A DNA stretch of 64,000 bases from Epiperipatus broadwayi (GCA_028023455.1 JAQFVV010000005.1:21266001-21330000), one strand, 5' to 3'; numbered from the stretch's first letter, positions 12,601 to 25,705 are shown. Numbers and translations are program-made. Notes: generated by a model from the letters alone, not told the origin.

Positions 12601-14801
12601 TCTATTAAGTTATAGTATTATATTATTATATTAGTACATTATCTACTTGAAGTGATTTCAAATACATGTACTGCATTTGTTATTTGATATTCATAGTTAA
12701 ATATTAATATATCCAAAATTTTCAATAATATTAGAGAAAAGTTTCATGATATGATATTAAGGAATTAAATAAGGATTTACAGTAATATTGATTTATTTTA
12801 AGTAGAATTGTGTTATACTACTAGCCCAATGTCAGAAAAATAAAATTAATAGGTGTATAATCCTCCTAAGATTGTAAAATAAGTGTGATTATTAATGTCT
12901 GGGAGAATATTAATTTCCTGAACTGCCTAGCATTATGTATTGCCATATTACCTTACCTATATTTTTAATTTTGGGTAAAGAAATTTAATAAACCTAAATG
13001 AAATATAATAAATCTAAATGTAGTTAATGAAATATAGTACTGGTGTAATAAGCTAAAACAAATTTAGATTAAAGGATGGGTGTAAATAAGAATATTACAA
13101 AAGAGTAATAATGTATTATAATTTTTGATTAGATCCAAGGAGATCTTTCTCTGTTAATGCTATAGTTATGTTAATAAAATCTTGTTTTATGTACTTTTCT
13201 TTTTTAAAGTTTGATAAAGGATATATTCTATTGTTTCTTGAATGTGTAAATATTTTAAATAAAAGTTGTTCTTAAAATCCATATTGTTCTTGCTATTAAC
13301 ACTATCCACACCTTGTTGTTATTGCTATCATCTTCATCATCATTCAGTATTATCAGTTTTATTATATGTTCAGCATATCATTAATCACTTTTACCAAACT
13401 CTTATCTTTAGAGTATATATAAAATTTTACTGTTGACTAATTAACATATCATGCAGAGATGCTATTTTAATGTGATGTATTAAAAACCAAATATTTAATT
13501 TTAAAGAATAATATTTCAGTAAATCATAAAATGCCATCATTCACTGAACTTAATCATATTGTTCATTGTGGTAAACTCTAAATTACTCATAGATGATATT
13601 ATAACTGTCCTACTGGTATTGTTACAATCATGATTAAAATATTTCAAGATATTTAATGATTAACATGATTATTATATTTACCTTATTATGGATTTGTTGA
13701 TTTATTATCAAATTTAGAGTGTACCTTTATTATTACCAATAAAGTAGTTAGATATTCTTTAGTAATTCCATTATGTAATATAAGTCATCTCAATTTTTTA
13801 TATTTGGATAATAGTAAAATCCCTCTTACTGATCCAGATATACATTATAAAATTATTAAAATTTAAAATTATATGAACCCTAAGAAATTAAATTATTGAT
13901 TAATAGTTTTACTTTGATTTTGCTATTAGATTTTATTTCTTAAGTTATTTGGTATGCATTACCTTAGTCTCTTATCTTTGTTCTTATTGTCTTATTGATT
14001 TATTAAAATCTCAAAGATTTAAACTTTCTTCTTCAATTATTTAAATTTACAACTCTTTTGCTTTTGTTTTAGTAATATCAAATTAATGTTTCAGGATTTC
14101 ATTCATCATCACCAACATTATTATCATAGCTCATCCATATTTTATTCTATTTTAATTTCATCATCATCTCATCTTATTCTCCCATCACAGCTGAATCATT
14201 CTTCATTGATGCCCATTTTATTACAACTTTAACTATTCATTTTCTCAACTTAAATTTGAAAGATTCCTGACCAATAAGATAGCAAATAAATCTAAAAAAA
14301 GATTAGATAAATAAAATGTAATTAAAAACCAATTACAATTTATGATAAAAATTAAACAATGGGAGAGTTGAGTATAAAAGTGGCATCTTGTCCATTGTTA
14401 TCCAGTTTTCAGATTGTTTTTGGAAGATGTTTCAATGTCAGTTCATCAGTTGCTGAGTTCATCAAGTCATTCATCATTACTGAGAGCATAATCACTGAGA
14501 TCTGCAAAGATCCAGTTCTTATTTGCCATAGAAAATGTAATCAATGAAGTAGCAACATATGTTGCTAAAAAGCATTAGGAGTCATCTGGGCTTTATGCCT
14601 GGATTCTTGACTCTACTAACTTTTCTTGCTTGGGATAAATGCCTCAGCCATAGTATTGAAGCTGCCACATATTCTCTCTTTCCCATTGTCCATCAGAAGA
14701 ATGGAAGGAAACCTATAAAACTATCATTGGAAACTGAAAAGCCAGCCATTCAGAAAGTTAAAACCAAATAAAAATGTGTCAATTGCAGAAAGATGATGTC
14801 A

Positions 14802-14922
14802 TCTCACCATAATGAAAAACCTAGGTAAATATAACTTTTCAACTGTAAATAAATGTCTAGACTCACCAATAATGAAAAACCTAAGTAAATATAACTTTTC
14901 TATTGTAAATAAATGTCTAGAC
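14802..14922. repeat. tandem duplication of a ~60-bp unit
   Basis: CTCACCA(A)TAATGAAAAACCTA(G/A)GTAAATATAACTTTTC...AATGTCTAGAC x2. Confidence 0.9.
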
Positions 14923-15801
14923 ATTCTAATGAACTATAATGGACAGTCAGTGATATTGAGTTACTAATAATTATTGTATACTTATTTAATTTCTTTGTTT
15001 AATTGTACTACTATGGTTTTGTTCTATACTCTCTCATTTGACTGTGTCATCAGGATTAGAAATATTTTCATGTATTAGCTAATATTGTGCTGGATACCCT
15101 GATCAAGATGTCTTAGTTAGTCTGAGTATATTTCAAGTACTGGGTTCATGTGCCTGTCATCCAGGCATGCCAGCAATATACAACCTATATGGCTATATGA
15201 CACCTGAGACTTGTTCTCGAAACAAATAATGTGCCTTGTATGATTGGTGTTGTCCCAGCAGTATGGAGGAATGCTACAGTCAGGAACGATTGTAAGATCT
15301 GTACATTTGTGTAGCCTTGATCTGCCATAGGTATCATTGATGATTAATCTATCAATGATATTCTATTCCTCTGCTTGAATGCGTAATCCCATGCTGGATG
15401 CATTAAATAAGGAAACTAATCATATAAGTAAAATAATAAAATGTAATAAATAATAACAATTGATAAATATAAAAATATTTTTAGACAGTGGATGGTTACA
15501 AATGACCTAAAATGTCCATCTTGATTACCGGATCATTATAATATATTTTATTATAATAATAGCTATATTATTGGTGCATTCAGAGGTGTAAATTACCATT
15601 AGTATATATAACTGACTACTGAATTCAACTGTAGGAAGTTTCTCTTTATGTATTTATCTGTATAATCTAGATATATCACAGATATGGTATATTATACGTA
15701 TGTTATATGTACTTGATGTAATAATTGATATAAAGGTTTTTTGAATTTATGTTTGTAAATAGTTTTTTTTGTCAAATTTTAAACTAAAAGTCTTTGTAAT
15801 A

Positions 15802-15913
15802 GTCAAGCGTTGTTAGCCGAGAGGTCAACGTAGTCGCCTTGCAAGCAAGTAGTTGGTTGCAGACGGTTGTGAGTTCGCCTCCCGGTCGATGCTATGACAT
15901 ATGAAAAAAAAAA
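15802..15913 (+). mobile_element. tRNA-Gly-derived short SINE, long subfamily
   Basis: GTCAAGCGTTGTTAGCCGAGAGG...GAGTTCGCCTCCCGGTCGATGCT-ATGACATATG-poly(A). 16-bp TSD AAAAGTCTTTGTAATA. Confidence 0.9.
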
Positions 15914-16151
15914 GTCTTTGTAATAAATATTGATTTTATTCTTTAATTATGTTTCTGTGTCCGTTGCCATATGTCCCATCCTTATATCAGAAAAATGTGT
16001 TTAAATAGTAAAAGTGTTTGAAGTGTATATAAGAGTACATATTATTTTTAAATTGTCACATTGATACAATTTATGCAATCTATTATATATGTCATTATAT
16101 ATATGAAAAACAAAAAAAACACAAGTTAAAAAACTTGCTAACGCTTGTATT

Positions 16152-16291
16152 TATGATAACAGATGACGTTCTACCAAAAACACCGTCAAGCGTAGTTTTC
16201 TGTTTACATAAACGTCAGAGCGCTCTGACATTTATGTAAACAGAAAACTACGCTTGACGGTGTTTTTGGTAGAATGCCATCTGTTATCATA
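16152..16291. repeat. 140-bp near-perfect palindrome (MITE-like)
   Basis: Arms meet at CAGAGCGCTCTG with no spacer; 3 mismatches. Confidence 0.92.
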
Positions 16292-16451
16292 TATATTTAA
16301 GATTACTTATTGAATCTTTTGTTGTTAGAGTAGTTAGTGATGTGTTTGATACAACAAAATTCTTTTTAACCTACTGCATCACTTTATCTTTGCTATAGAT
16401 AGATAATTATTTAGATATTAAGACCCTTGATTTTGTTTAGCTGATAATACA

Positions 16452-16640
16452 TTGTACAGGCTTAAACCTGCATTTATATATGTAATGTATGCGGGGTTCA
16501 AACTCAGACTTTCACACGACCCACCACTTTCAGTGCCATTTCATATTGCTGTCCCACCTGATCACACACATGTTGAAAAGATAAATAATCACCAATATAC
16601 GTATTTCATGCTAAACCAGCAATCATCAGTTGGTAATATA
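16452..16640 (-). mobile_element. family C repeat fragment with intact hammerhead (16591-16634, -)
   Basis: Minus strand ACCAA-CTGATGA-TTGCTGGTTTAGCAT-GAAA-TACGTAT-A-TTGGT. Homologous to 22205-22747 and 59034-59765. Confidence 0.85.
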
Positions 16641-19294
16641 ACAACCAAATAAGAATTAATCTTTGCTAGCCAATATTATGTTTAAACTCATCTCTAACTA
16701 AATTTGTTATTAAAAAAGAAAGTGTTTTTAAGATGTTAGGAAAATAAGAGTCTCATTGCTATTATCACTGTCAATTAGTTAAAAGAACCTAAATTATTTT
16801 ATTATTGTAGATTATCACTGCAAAGCTAGTATTCTTTATAACTGAATTATTTAATATTTAAGAACCTTGAGATCATTATTATTCCTATTTATTATTATTG
16901 TTTATGGAATGTAACTAAAAATTATCAATCAAGCATTAGTTTATCCACATCTTATAAATAATCTATTACTTATTGCTCACTTAGTACTATAAGAGGACTT
17001 AACTTAGATTATAAGTTTATTTGATGCCATAATGATCTTATATTAATACAGATCTGTGTTTAGACCTATATTTTATTTTATGGTTACTTAGTCATTGTTT
17101 GGAAGGTTACATTCATGGATTTTGGCTTATCCAATGTGTTGGCTTTTGATCAGACATAAGGTACTGATCAATTGCAGGTTACAATATATATATATATATT
17201 GTACCATTTATTTATATATATGGTACAAATTACTATTTAATATTGTGTATCATTTAAATAAAAAAAGAGAGAACCCGATCTTTAATTTTTTTTTTGTAAT
17301 ATAATGTTGTTTTAAGAAAAACGTACAGTGAAAGTTTAATTTTTCTTTTTTTAAATATAAGTTAACTAAAATAAATTCAATGTTGGAAAGTACATACTGA
17401 ATAATTGATTCAAATAGTGAAAGGAAATTTCAAAGGTAAAAGATTGCTATCAGAAACAACTTTCTGATAGTAATTAAAAATGGCAGAAATTCATAATGAG
17501 AAAAGAGATTTTGTAATAAAAAAATGAGAAATAATGTAGAAGTGTATAAAATAGAACAAAAGGTAAAAAGGAATATGTGCAGAACTTCGAAAAAGAATCT
17601 GGGGATATAAAAGGAGTCGACAGGTTTGAAAGGTGGCTTTTGTCTTGTTGTTCCAGAGAGTGTTGAGCAATTTGAAGTGCCTCATAATTTTTTTATATAT
17701 ACAAAAAAAAATATTAATAAAATGCGTCCACTTAGATACGAACTGAAATTGCTCACCATGAGTGAGTAGAACTCTATCGTTTGCCGACACTTTCTCTCGA
17801 AAAGTCATCTAGATTGTCATCTGGCTCTACCTAAATTTGATCAGAAATTTGGAAGAAGTAAACTTAAAAAAACAACTACTGCGGACTACCCACTGACTGA
17901 ATTGGATGTCGGAGGATCAATGACCTACTTAAATATCAACTTACCGGTAAGTTAATGGCCATAACTTTTACATAAAGCTTTATGAATAGAGAGTTGAATG
18001 AAATGTTATTCCATAATTTTTTTGGATCGAAAGATTTGCGAACTGAGAAGTGAACGAAACTGTTACCACAAAAAAATAAGACACTAAATAGTTATTACTT
18101 CAATATTTGAATCAAATTATTAAATTCATATGCACAATACTTTCCAATATTATAATTTTGTCTTAATCATAAATATTAAATGTTTGATGGGCTAGAATAA
18201 ATCTTTATTATTAGCTTAACTTTCATTGTACGTGTATAAAATTAATGTTATTCTATTTAAGTTTTATATTTAGTTATTTAAATTCAAATTAGTATACAAA
18301 TTACCTTTGCTAAATAGATTTATTTTTTTTAATTAAGTGAAAGAGGAATATCTTCTACTTAACGGGAATTTTAACCCAGATCGTATAATTATTACTTTAC
18401 GAGTTACAATATGTTTGACGCAGACTCAGTGGGTGTAACGACTCTGGCACCCTCATGTAGAGATAAAAAACTGATTCAGCTCACAATTGTACTCAGTAAT
18501 AATTCTAGGTTGAGCTGATCAGGAAAGATAGTTATGTTTTTAGAATAATAATGAAACGTTCTTCTTCTTTTTAAATAAAAATAAATGAACATTTATTTTT
18601 CTTTTGCATAACTTGATCAACTCGCGCATTTATAATGCATATAGAGGCCTAGAAATACGGAAAACATTATTATATATATATGCGTTACATTTAAATTTTA
18701 ATACTTGATTTTCTTTGTAAATATTTAATACTGAATTAAAAGCACAAATGTTCAAAATGCACAAATAATGAATTATTAATTTATTATGTTTGATTTAAAT
18801 ATTAAAATAAGATAAGCTTTTAAAAAATTATTATTAGAATCGAAGCAAAGATTCTAATCTTTAAATAAAGTATAATAAAAAGCCTTTTGATTTTAAAAAT
18901 AAGGAAGAGAGTTTTAATCTTAAAAATAAAAAAATTACAAACAGATCCTTAGGGCAAAATGACCATTGAAAAGTTGATTACGAAAGAGATAAGAGTTGAG
19001 AAATAAAAACAAAAGACTTACTTTTCCCGCCCAAGATATAGACACAGACCTTAGTGGAAAATCTTACCTAGCCACAAACCCAAAATCTACTTGGATACAA
19101 ACCCAATACACCAATAAAATACAGACATGAAATATGTTTGATCAATCCATGCATTCCAGAGATAAGATGCCTGAGGACTATAAAAAGAAAAATCCAAAAG
19201 AAATAATTAATTAGAGAATTAGAATTTTGAATTCGTTTCGTTGTTGCTGAAAAGTTAAAATAAATATTGTCACTGTTACCAAAAATGTAATCTT

Positions 19295-19470
19295 GTTAAT
19301 CGCGCTTCCCTCGGACCGGCCGGCCGAAGGCAGCTTTCATCATTCATGGATCTCAGGATCGAATTACTGGTGCCGTACACAGAAATTTTTGTCAAGCTTC
19401 AGAAATCATCATCGTCCGCAAGGAAAGGGCCCTTGCGTAACTTAGATCTTCGTCGCGAAGGAACGAGCAT
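19295..19470. other. CpG-rich structured island (promoter/first exon or ncRNA)
   Basis: About 15 CpGs in ~170 bp within CpG-poor DNA, several hairpins, and C/D-box-like and Sm-like motifs. Not repeated elsewhere in the window. Confidence 0.5.
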
Positions 19471-22204
19471 GGACAAAAGGACATATAAATTTATAAATGA
19501 TCAAATTAAATATAAACTCTCTTAAACTTTAAAATCTTTGAACTTTATTTGTTTCTAAAAAAATGAACTATAAACTTTCTTTCCAAATCAAACCAGAACT
19601 TTATTTTTTTTACAAACTTTGCAATTTTAAACTCTAATCTAAAGTTAAAACATAATCTCTTAAAATATGTATTGTATTTTTTTATATTTTTATTCATGCT
19701 TAATAAGATCTGTTTGTAATAGGGTGGGGGTTTGCTATTGCAAACGAATTTAAAGATAGAAAACACATATCATTATTTGTGCATTATTGAATTTAAAAGA
19801 AAAGTAGGTTAAAAAAATATTTGTAGTAAAAAAAAATAAGTTAAATATAATGTCATTTTAAAATGATTTAAAAACCTTAAACTAAATATTTTTTTTAGAA
19901 TTAAATTAATAAAATGATTTAAATATTAGTTAAGTGTAGATGGCTGCTAGGCTCATTTAAATATGTTAGTTTTACAGGGGTTTTTGATTTCGGACTATTC
20001 GTTTCATAGTTGTGTCAATGCTGGTGGAGAGATATATGGACGTTTATATTAATGTAATGTGAAGTGTGTTAGCACCTAGGGCGATGAGTCCAACTGAATG
20101 CATGACCCCAAAGAGGTGGTCATACCATTGAAATGGATGCAGACATATTTCCTGCGCCATTGACCCATTCCAACTCTATGGATTGGGAGGATAAGCACGG
20201 CAAGATAGACCATTCTCCCATCCATATGAAGCATTATTTTTATTATATTACATGCATGATTCCTTCACCAGACAGATACCATTTCCTGTACTGGATGAAG
20301 AACATGTTTTCTCCAATAATATCATGCTAATCAGATGCACATTCCTGTCGGCATGATTCTATGCTAACGTGTTCACATTGCATTGGTTGCTGATATATAT
20401 CTGGAAGTGAGCGTTGGTGTGGCTGCAGACTTTTAACCTGGAATCAAATGTTTGAAAGTCTTTTAAGTGCATTGTCTGGGTAGCTCATCTATACTCAACA
20501 TTTCTAAGATTAAAAATAAAAGTTAAAACAAATAAAAATAATAGTGAAACAAACATAATTTTTTTGTATATAATTATTTTTCAAGTTGTGTGTCGTCACA
20601 TATATATACGTGAATAAAATCTTTTTGTGTTATTAATACTGACAGTGATTGCTTTTATTACTATTTATTAAAAGAAATATATTTAATAAATGTTTTAAGC
20701 CTCTGCTACTTCATGAGCTAGTGACTTGGGCTGGCAGTCATGATCTTATCAGCACGTATCTGTCTATGTTATAAATTTTCTAGGTTCTAATGGCCTAGTG
20801 GTGCTCTGTAGTGTAGATACAGTAAGACTCAGATCCACCCCAACCATTATAATATATGTATATATAGTTTCTTTTTAGTGATATCATATATAACACAGAA
20901 ATCTTCAACATGTATATTCATATGTATACACACTTATAATTTTAATTAAAAATTATACAATATAAAGCATCACTAAAAATAATTAATAAATATATATTAT
21001 AATTAGCAATTTTATAATTAATAAAATTAAGAATTACCTTCTCAGTACAATATAATTGTCTAAAACTAAATGCAGATAGAGTATCATTATTCTGAATAAC
21101 ATTTTATTTTCCACTCGTTTTAGATCATCCAATGTGATGTCACAAAAACATGCTCAAAGATTACATTAATGCTTACATTTATAAAAAAGTTAAATTGTTA
21201 AGAAATCAAGTCAAAATGTGTTTCTTTATATACTATTTTAGTAATTGATTCCTGATTGTTCACAATAAATTATAATGAATTAGAATTAATGGATAAATTA
21301 ATGTATAATCATATATTGGTCCCTATTTTGTGTAATACAATAATGATTAATGATGATTAACTCCTAACCTTTGTCTCACTTTGAAAATATACACTTCACT
21401 ATAAGTACATAAAACACTATTCAGTAAAATTAGCTTTTTTTGTAAATGCTTACTCTTAATCCATTAAATCACCACCATCTAATTTCCATAGACCAGCTTC
21501 ACCACTTGATGAAACATCCGTACCTCAATTCCCTTTCTCTTTTACATTTTAGTTCCTGATACAAGGTTAACAAACATTTTATATTTTAATGACCAAGTAT
21601 TCATCTATACCAAGTATATATACTGACATGTATGGCATAGAGTAATGAGTTGATGAAACGTGTCTGAATTAATAATAATTAATAAAATCAATAAAGTAAG
21701 AAACATCTACAATGTGCCACTAATATTAATCAAATAAAAGAAAGATATATCAAAATCAACTGTACACGCACACACACATATATAATATGTGCTAATCAAA
21801 CTTGAATCAACCCCAATATGCGGTTCATTCTAATAATTATAATAATTTAATAATGTAATGATTTGTTATGTTTTAGAAGGAAAAGTAACTCAATATATTG
21901 GCTGATGCAATTTACGTAATTATAGAATGCAAACATATTCCTAGGTAGCAAATGTCACAACTATAGTAAATAATTAAGAAAATTAATAAAAATTATGCGA
22001 TTTTAAAGTCATTAAATAAAGAAAAATATAAGCCTAATTATGTAAGTCTTTAAAATACATTTTAGAAATTTCTTCTCACTTTTTAAATCTGTATTCACCT
22101 TATATGTATGTTTTTTAATTTGTTTTAGCTAAAATAAAAGAGCACATTTTCATAACTTTTTTGTTTATATATTTAAGGAAAATGTCAAGAATGAATGAAA
22201 AATT

Positions 22205-22747
22205 CGTTGGAGAGTTGAGGGTTGTGTGAAAGTCTGAGTTCAAATCCCTTATATTACATTATATATGTGCAGGTGTGTGTAAGCCTGTACAGTGTATTAA
22301 TTTACATATTTAAAAACATAGTACGTTAAAGGTCTGTACATTCCTCGCATATGTATGTAGATGGATTATTCTCCCGTACAACATGAGGGGGCAGAATGAC
22401 TAAATGGTCAACATGGGTAGGATGACAACCTTGGCATTAATGTGGGCTTTGGACGTTCCATCATCAGATTTTCAATGAAATGGATGGCTGAAGAGTTGTG
22501 GGTTGGAGTAGTTTGGGGCCTGTCCATTAAAGTATGAAGTTTGGCTATCTTAATATAAAGCTGAGCACTGATTGTATATATGTGTGAGGATAGTAATCTG
22601 GATTAACTGATGATTGCTGTTTTAGCATGAAATACATATATTGGTGATTATTTATCTTTTCAACATATATATGATCAGATGGGTCAGCAATATGAGATGG
22701 CATGAAGAATTGAGGGTTGTGTGAAAGTCTGAGTTCGAATCCCTTAT
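22205..22747 (+). mobile_element. family C tandem unit (~495 bp) with hammerhead (22601-22645), interrupted by RTE; resumes 25879-25915
   Basis: GAGGGTTGTGTGAAAGTCTGAGTTC at ~22218 and ~22712. The element tail CAGGTGTGTGTAAGCCTGTACA reappears after the RTE tail. Confidence 0.85.
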
Positions 22748-22901
22748 TCCCAGGAGGCTGTAAAGTCACCAACCAAGGCAGCGATTGGTGGCCGAAGGCA
22801 GAGGGGGCTAAGAATCCCCTGATTGCGGACCCAGGCTGCCATTTGATGACAACTTTTTATTTAGTACTTACAACTGCAGAGCACTTTCAAGTGAAGGAAG
22901 A

Positions 22902-23936
22902 TTGCAAAAATTAGAAGAAGAACTCTCTTATATTAAATGGGATATTGTTGAACTTTGTGAAGTTAGAAGAAAAGGTGAAGAGACAATTGATTTAAAAAGT
23001 GGACATATATTCTATTATAAAGGCACAAATATTGGAAATACAAGTGGAGTAGGATTCATTATAAATAAAAAGTGGAAGAACAATATTGTGGAGATTGATG
23101 GTGTATCAGACAGAGTGGCAAGATTAGTTATACAACTTAATAGCAGATACCAAATGCATATAATTCAGGTTTATGCCCCAACAAGTTCTCATAGTGATGA
23201 AGTAGTAGAAGATTTTTATATAGATGTACAAAAGGCTTTTGATCAGAGTAAACAACATTTTAAAATTGTTATGGGAGACTTTAGTGCTAGAATTGGTAAA
23301 CAAATGAAAGATGAAAATGCTGTAGGTAATTTTGGTTATGGTAATAGAAATGAGAGAGGACATAGACTTGTGGAGTTTGCAGAAAAAGAAAAACTTTATA
23401 TTATGAATTCATTTTTTGAGAAAAATGCTAAAAGAAAATGGACATGGAAGCATTCAAATGAAGGTACAGCAGAATTGGATTATATTTTGACTAACAGGAA
23501 ATACATATTTCAAGATTGTAATGTTCTTAATAGATTTAACACAGGAAGTGATCATCGATTAGTAAGGTGCAAGATACGTGTTAATGTAAAACTAGAAAGA
23601 CAAAAATTGTTAAGAAAAACAATATTTACAGTTGATATTCCTAATCTTCAGAAACATTCTAATGAATTTAAATTAGAACTTACAAATCGGTTTCAAGCAT
23701 TAGTAGATTTTGAACATGATTCAGATTTGAATGACATTAATATGAAAATAACTGATACACTTTTAAAAACTGCAACAAAGATAACTGGTAGAAAAAAGCA
23801 GCAATTGACCAATAAAATTTCTACTGAGACTAGAGAATTTATGAAGAAAAGAAGAAATATGAAGATATACAAAAATGATGCATTAAAAAGAATTGAATAT
23901 CTCGAATTTTGTAAAATGGTGCGGACATTAATATGA
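22902..23936 (+). CDS. RTE APE endonuclease portion (frameshifted by internal duplication)
   Basis: TYNCRAL (in frame upstream), LCEVRR, VYAPT, MGDFSA, LDYIL and SDHRLV motifs. Confidence 0.9.
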   Translation: MQKLEEELSYIKWDIVELCEVRRKGEETIDLKSGHIFYYKGTNIGNTSGVGFIINKKWKNNIVEIDGVSDRVARLVIQLNSRYQMHIIQVYAPTSSHSDEVVEDFYIDVQKAFDQSKQHFKIVMGDFSARIGKQMKDENAVGNFGYGNRNERGHRLVEFAEKEKLYIMNSFFEKNAKRKWTWKHSNEGTAELDYILTNRKYIFQDCNVLNRFNTGSDHRLVRCKIRVNVKLERQKLLRKTIFTVDIPNLQKHSNEFKLELTNRFQALVDFEHDSDLNDINMKITDTLLKTATKITGRKKQQLTNKISTETREFMKKRRNMKIYKNDALKRIEYLEFCKMVRTLI

Positions 23937-25705
23937 AAATAACTGATACACTTTTAAAAACTGCAACAAAGATAACTGGTAGAAAAAAGCAGCAATTGAC
24001 CAATAAAATTTCTACTGAAACTAGAGAATTTATGAAGAAAAGAAGAAATATGAAGATATACAAAAATGATGCATTAAAAAGAATTGAATATCTCGAATTT
24101 TGTAAAATGGTGCGGAAAAGAGTTGAAAATTATATAAGAAAGTATAACTGTGAACTAGCAAGAAAAGCTGTAGAAGAAAATAAAAGTCTTAAGAATGTAA
24201 AACAACATTTTGGTATTGGTAGGAAATTTATATCTGCAATAAGAAAAAAAGATGGAATTATTACTAAAAAGAGAGATGACATCATGAAATTGGTAGAAAA
24301 TTTTTATCAAGAATTATATAGTAATAAAGAACAAGTACCTCCTATATCTATTACATCTTCTGAATTGCCCAGAATTTTAAATGAAGAAGTGAGAAATGCA
24401 ATTAAATGTATGAAGAAAGGAAAGGATCCAGGTAATGATGGAATTATAATTGATATATTAAAAGAAGCAGGTGAAGAAACAGAAAATTTTTTAGCAAAGT
24501 TATATACTAAATGTCTAAATGATAAAGATGTACCGGATGATTGGAAGAATGCAGTAATAATATTAATATTTAAAAAAGGTGATAAAGAAGATATTAGAAA
24601 TTACAGACCTATCAGCCTTTTATCAGTTTTATATAAAAATTTTACCAAGATAATTACAACTCGTCTACAGAGAACATTGGATTTCCACCAACCAAGAGAA
24701 CAAGCTAGATTTAAAAGTGGTTTTAGTACAGTAGATCATATTCAGGTATTGAGAGAAGTTATAGAAAGGACAAATGAATATGAGTTGTCATTATGTTTTG
24801 GATTTGTAAATTATGAAAAGGCATTTGATTCCATAAACATTTCTTCAGTGATTAAAGCATTGGATCATCAAGGTATAGATCCAGGATATTGTCATATTTT
24901 AAAGAATATTTATAAAAATGCAACAGCAACAATTAGATTACATAATGATACTGGGAAAGTCAACATTGAGAAAGGTGTAAGACAAGGTGACTCCATATCT
25001 CCAAAACTTTTTACAGCAGTGCTGCAAGAAGTATTTTGTGGATTAAAATGGGAAACTAAAGGAGTGAAAGTAAATGGAGATTATTTAAGTCATTTAGATT
25101 TTGCAGATGATGTAGTTGTTTTTGCAAATAATGCTTCAGAGCTGCAGGAAATGTTGCAGGAGTTATCAGATGAAAGTAGGAAAGTAGGATTAAAGATAAA
25201 TGTTAAAAAGACTAAAGTAATGGTTAATCGATTTGCTCAAAATATGAAAATAAAGATTGATTATGATGAATTAGAAGAAGTTAACGGTTACAAATACCTT
25301 GGTCAGATTATTAATACAGATGGAAACCTAATGGAGGAAATTAATCATAGAATTAAACTTGGTTGGAGTGCTTTTGGTAGAAATAACTTGATACTAAAAG
25401 GAAATATGCCTATGTGTTTGAAAAGGAAGGTTTTTAACAAATGTGTTTTACCAGTTCTTACTTATGGATCTGAGACTTGTACACTCAATAAAAGAGCAAT
25501 ACAGAGACTTCAGACCACTCAAAGAAGTATGGAGAGATGTATGTTGGGAGTAACAAGAAGAGATCGAAAACGCAATGTATGGGTAAGAGAACAAACAGGT
25601 GTTACTGACCTCATTGAAAAAATTAAAAGATTGAAGTGGAGTTGGGCTGGACATATTGCTAGAAGAGATGATAATAGATGGACAATTGAAATTTTAAACT
25701 GGTGA
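23933..25705 (+). CDS. RTE reverse transcriptase portion (premature stop near C-terminus)
   Basis: KDPGNDG, NYRPISLL, YEKAFDS, GVRQGDSISPKLF, FADDV, YKYLG and WSWAGH motifs. Confidence 0.93.
   Translation: MKITDTLLKTATKITGRKKQQLTNKISTETREFMKKRRNMKIYKNDALKRIEYLEFCKMVRKRVENYIRKYNCELARKAVEENKSLKNVKQHFGIGRKFISAIRKKDGIITKKRDDIMKLVENFYQELYSNKEQVPPISITSSELPRILNEEVRNAIKCMKKGKDPGNDGIIIDILKEAGEETENFLAKLYTKCLNDKDVPDDWKNAVIILIFKKGDKEDIRNYRPISLLSVLYKNFTKIITTRLQRTLDFHQPREQARFKSGFSTVDHIQVLREVIERTNEYELSLCFGFVNYEKAFDSINISSVIKALDHQGIDPGYCHILKNIYKNATATIRLHNDTGKVNIEKGVRQGDSISPKLFTAVLQEVFCGLKWETKGVKVNGDYLSHLDFADDVVVFANNASELQEMLQELSDESRKVGLKINVKKTKVMVNRFAQNMKIKIDYDELEEVNGYKYLGQIINTDGNLMEEINHRIKLGWSAFGRNNLILKGNMPMCLKRKVFNKCVLPVLTYGSETCTLNKRAIQRLQTTQRSMERCMLGVTRRDRKRNVWVREQTGVTDLIEKIKRLKWSWAGHIARRDDNRWTIEILNW

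Noticed and set aside
21450-21560. Minus-strand exon-like stretch (ELKCKRERELR...)
   Set aside because: All three frames hit stops and no phase-compatible partner exon was found.
22750-22850. HDV-like ribozyme in the RTE 5'UTR (GCTAA motif)
   Set aside because: I could not build the nested P1/P2/P3/P1.1 order around it.
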